Below the pieces are notes generated by a model. It had not been told where the DNA came from. It did no database searches and worked only from the letters and a program-made list of their open reading frames with translations. A program made the translations under genes and the position numbers. A stretch of DNA of 52,241 nucleotides from Stramenopiles sp. TOSAG23-2 (lineage: Eukaryota): positions 1-52,241 of the forward strand of contig LT649263.1 of the NCBI GenBank assembly GCA_900128395.1. Direction: 5' to 3'. Positions 51,471-52,241 of this stretch are shown here, piece by piece (position 1 is the stretch's first letter; every line of letters begins with the position of its first letter).

Positions 51471-51738
51471 GTGTGTACCACCTGGTACTCGATATAATTT
51501 TATAAAAAAATATAACAGTTTTTGTAATGATGCAAGTTTAACACTAAATCGATTTACATGGGATTGCCAGATTGCGCATATTTTCTATCAAATTTCATTA
51601 AAATGAGCATTTATGACCTAAATTCTTATATTTCATCGTTGTGATGATGGATTTTTCATTTCATTACATGAAAACAAAGGAAAAACATTGAAAATACCTT
51701 TTAAAACTTAGGCTCCACTAGTATACTATTTTTCCTAT

Positions 51739-52122
51739 CAATTGGCAAAATAATTTTGACATTTCTTGTTTTCAGAAATTAGGGATAGCAGAAATTTTGG
51801 CATCAAATTTTTACACTAAAATTTGTACTTAAATAAATTATTAATTTACAGAAATGACAAAACTAATGTATAAAATTCATAGAAATCATGAAATTATAAA
51901 AATATCCATTTTTTAAAACACAAAATACAACCAATTGGCAAAATAATTTTGACATTTCTTGTTTTCAGAAATTAGGGATAGCAGAAATTTAAGCATCGAA
52001 TTTTTACACTAAAATTTATACTTAAATAAATTATTAATTTACAGAAATGACTAAAATAAACTACAAAATTAATAAAAATCATTAAATAATAAAAATATCC
52101 ATTTTTTAAAACACAAAATACA
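51739..52122. repeat. Diverged 193-bp-period tandem repeat (2 copies)
   Basis: caattggcaaaataattttg...acacaaaataca starts at 51739 and 51932. By hand I count about 13 substitutions and no indels. Confidence 0.9.
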
Positions 52123-52241
52123 TGTAAAAATTACATTGTCATTTTAACCACTTCACCATCTTCTTAAAATTACATATAAATACGACTAATATGAAATCAT
52201 ACAAAATATCATATTTTAGATGGAAATTCACTTTTTTACAT

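Noticed and set aside
51779-51784. TTAGGG within the 193-bp repeat
   Set aside because: One hexamer per unit, not a telomeric tract.

Overview
AT-rich, gene-dense eukaryotic DNA: about 21 apparently intron-free genes cover roughly 39 of 52 kb, with one N-gap at 41146-41304. The source is probably a flagellated protist (CFAP46 present). A stramenopile-type nanoflagellate is my inference, not something the sequence shows. Recognisable genes are a PABPN1-like RRM protein fused to a SUMO-like segment, a 2693-aa multi-Tudor/ankyrin/HECT E3 ligase, a class I PDE, a TPR protein, AP-4 sigma, a secreted SGNH hydrolase, ENOSF1/L-fuconate dehydratase, RMT2, SRP40/Nopp140, PTC7, a PI3K-like kinase, a DUF2256 protein, a C2H2-HMG-RAMA protein and CFAP46. 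I found no tRNA, rRNA, CRISPR array or transposase. The most unusual signal is in the ~13 kb of intergenic DNA, which is full of small stereotyped modules: (i) duplicated 6-mers of palindromic consensus GMNNKC separated by interchangeable CA/TG (or CAG/CTG) spacers, (ii) TA-CCWGG-TA, TA-CWG-TA and TA-CGAG-TA words, and (iii) AGACGACTA. Classes (i) and (ii) look like accumulated cut-and-paste transposon excision footprints, or else a methylation/regulatory code. Two near-exact tandem duplications (116 and 130 bp) are probably assembly artefacts. All motif counts were made by eye and all family calls come from motif recognition, not database searches.
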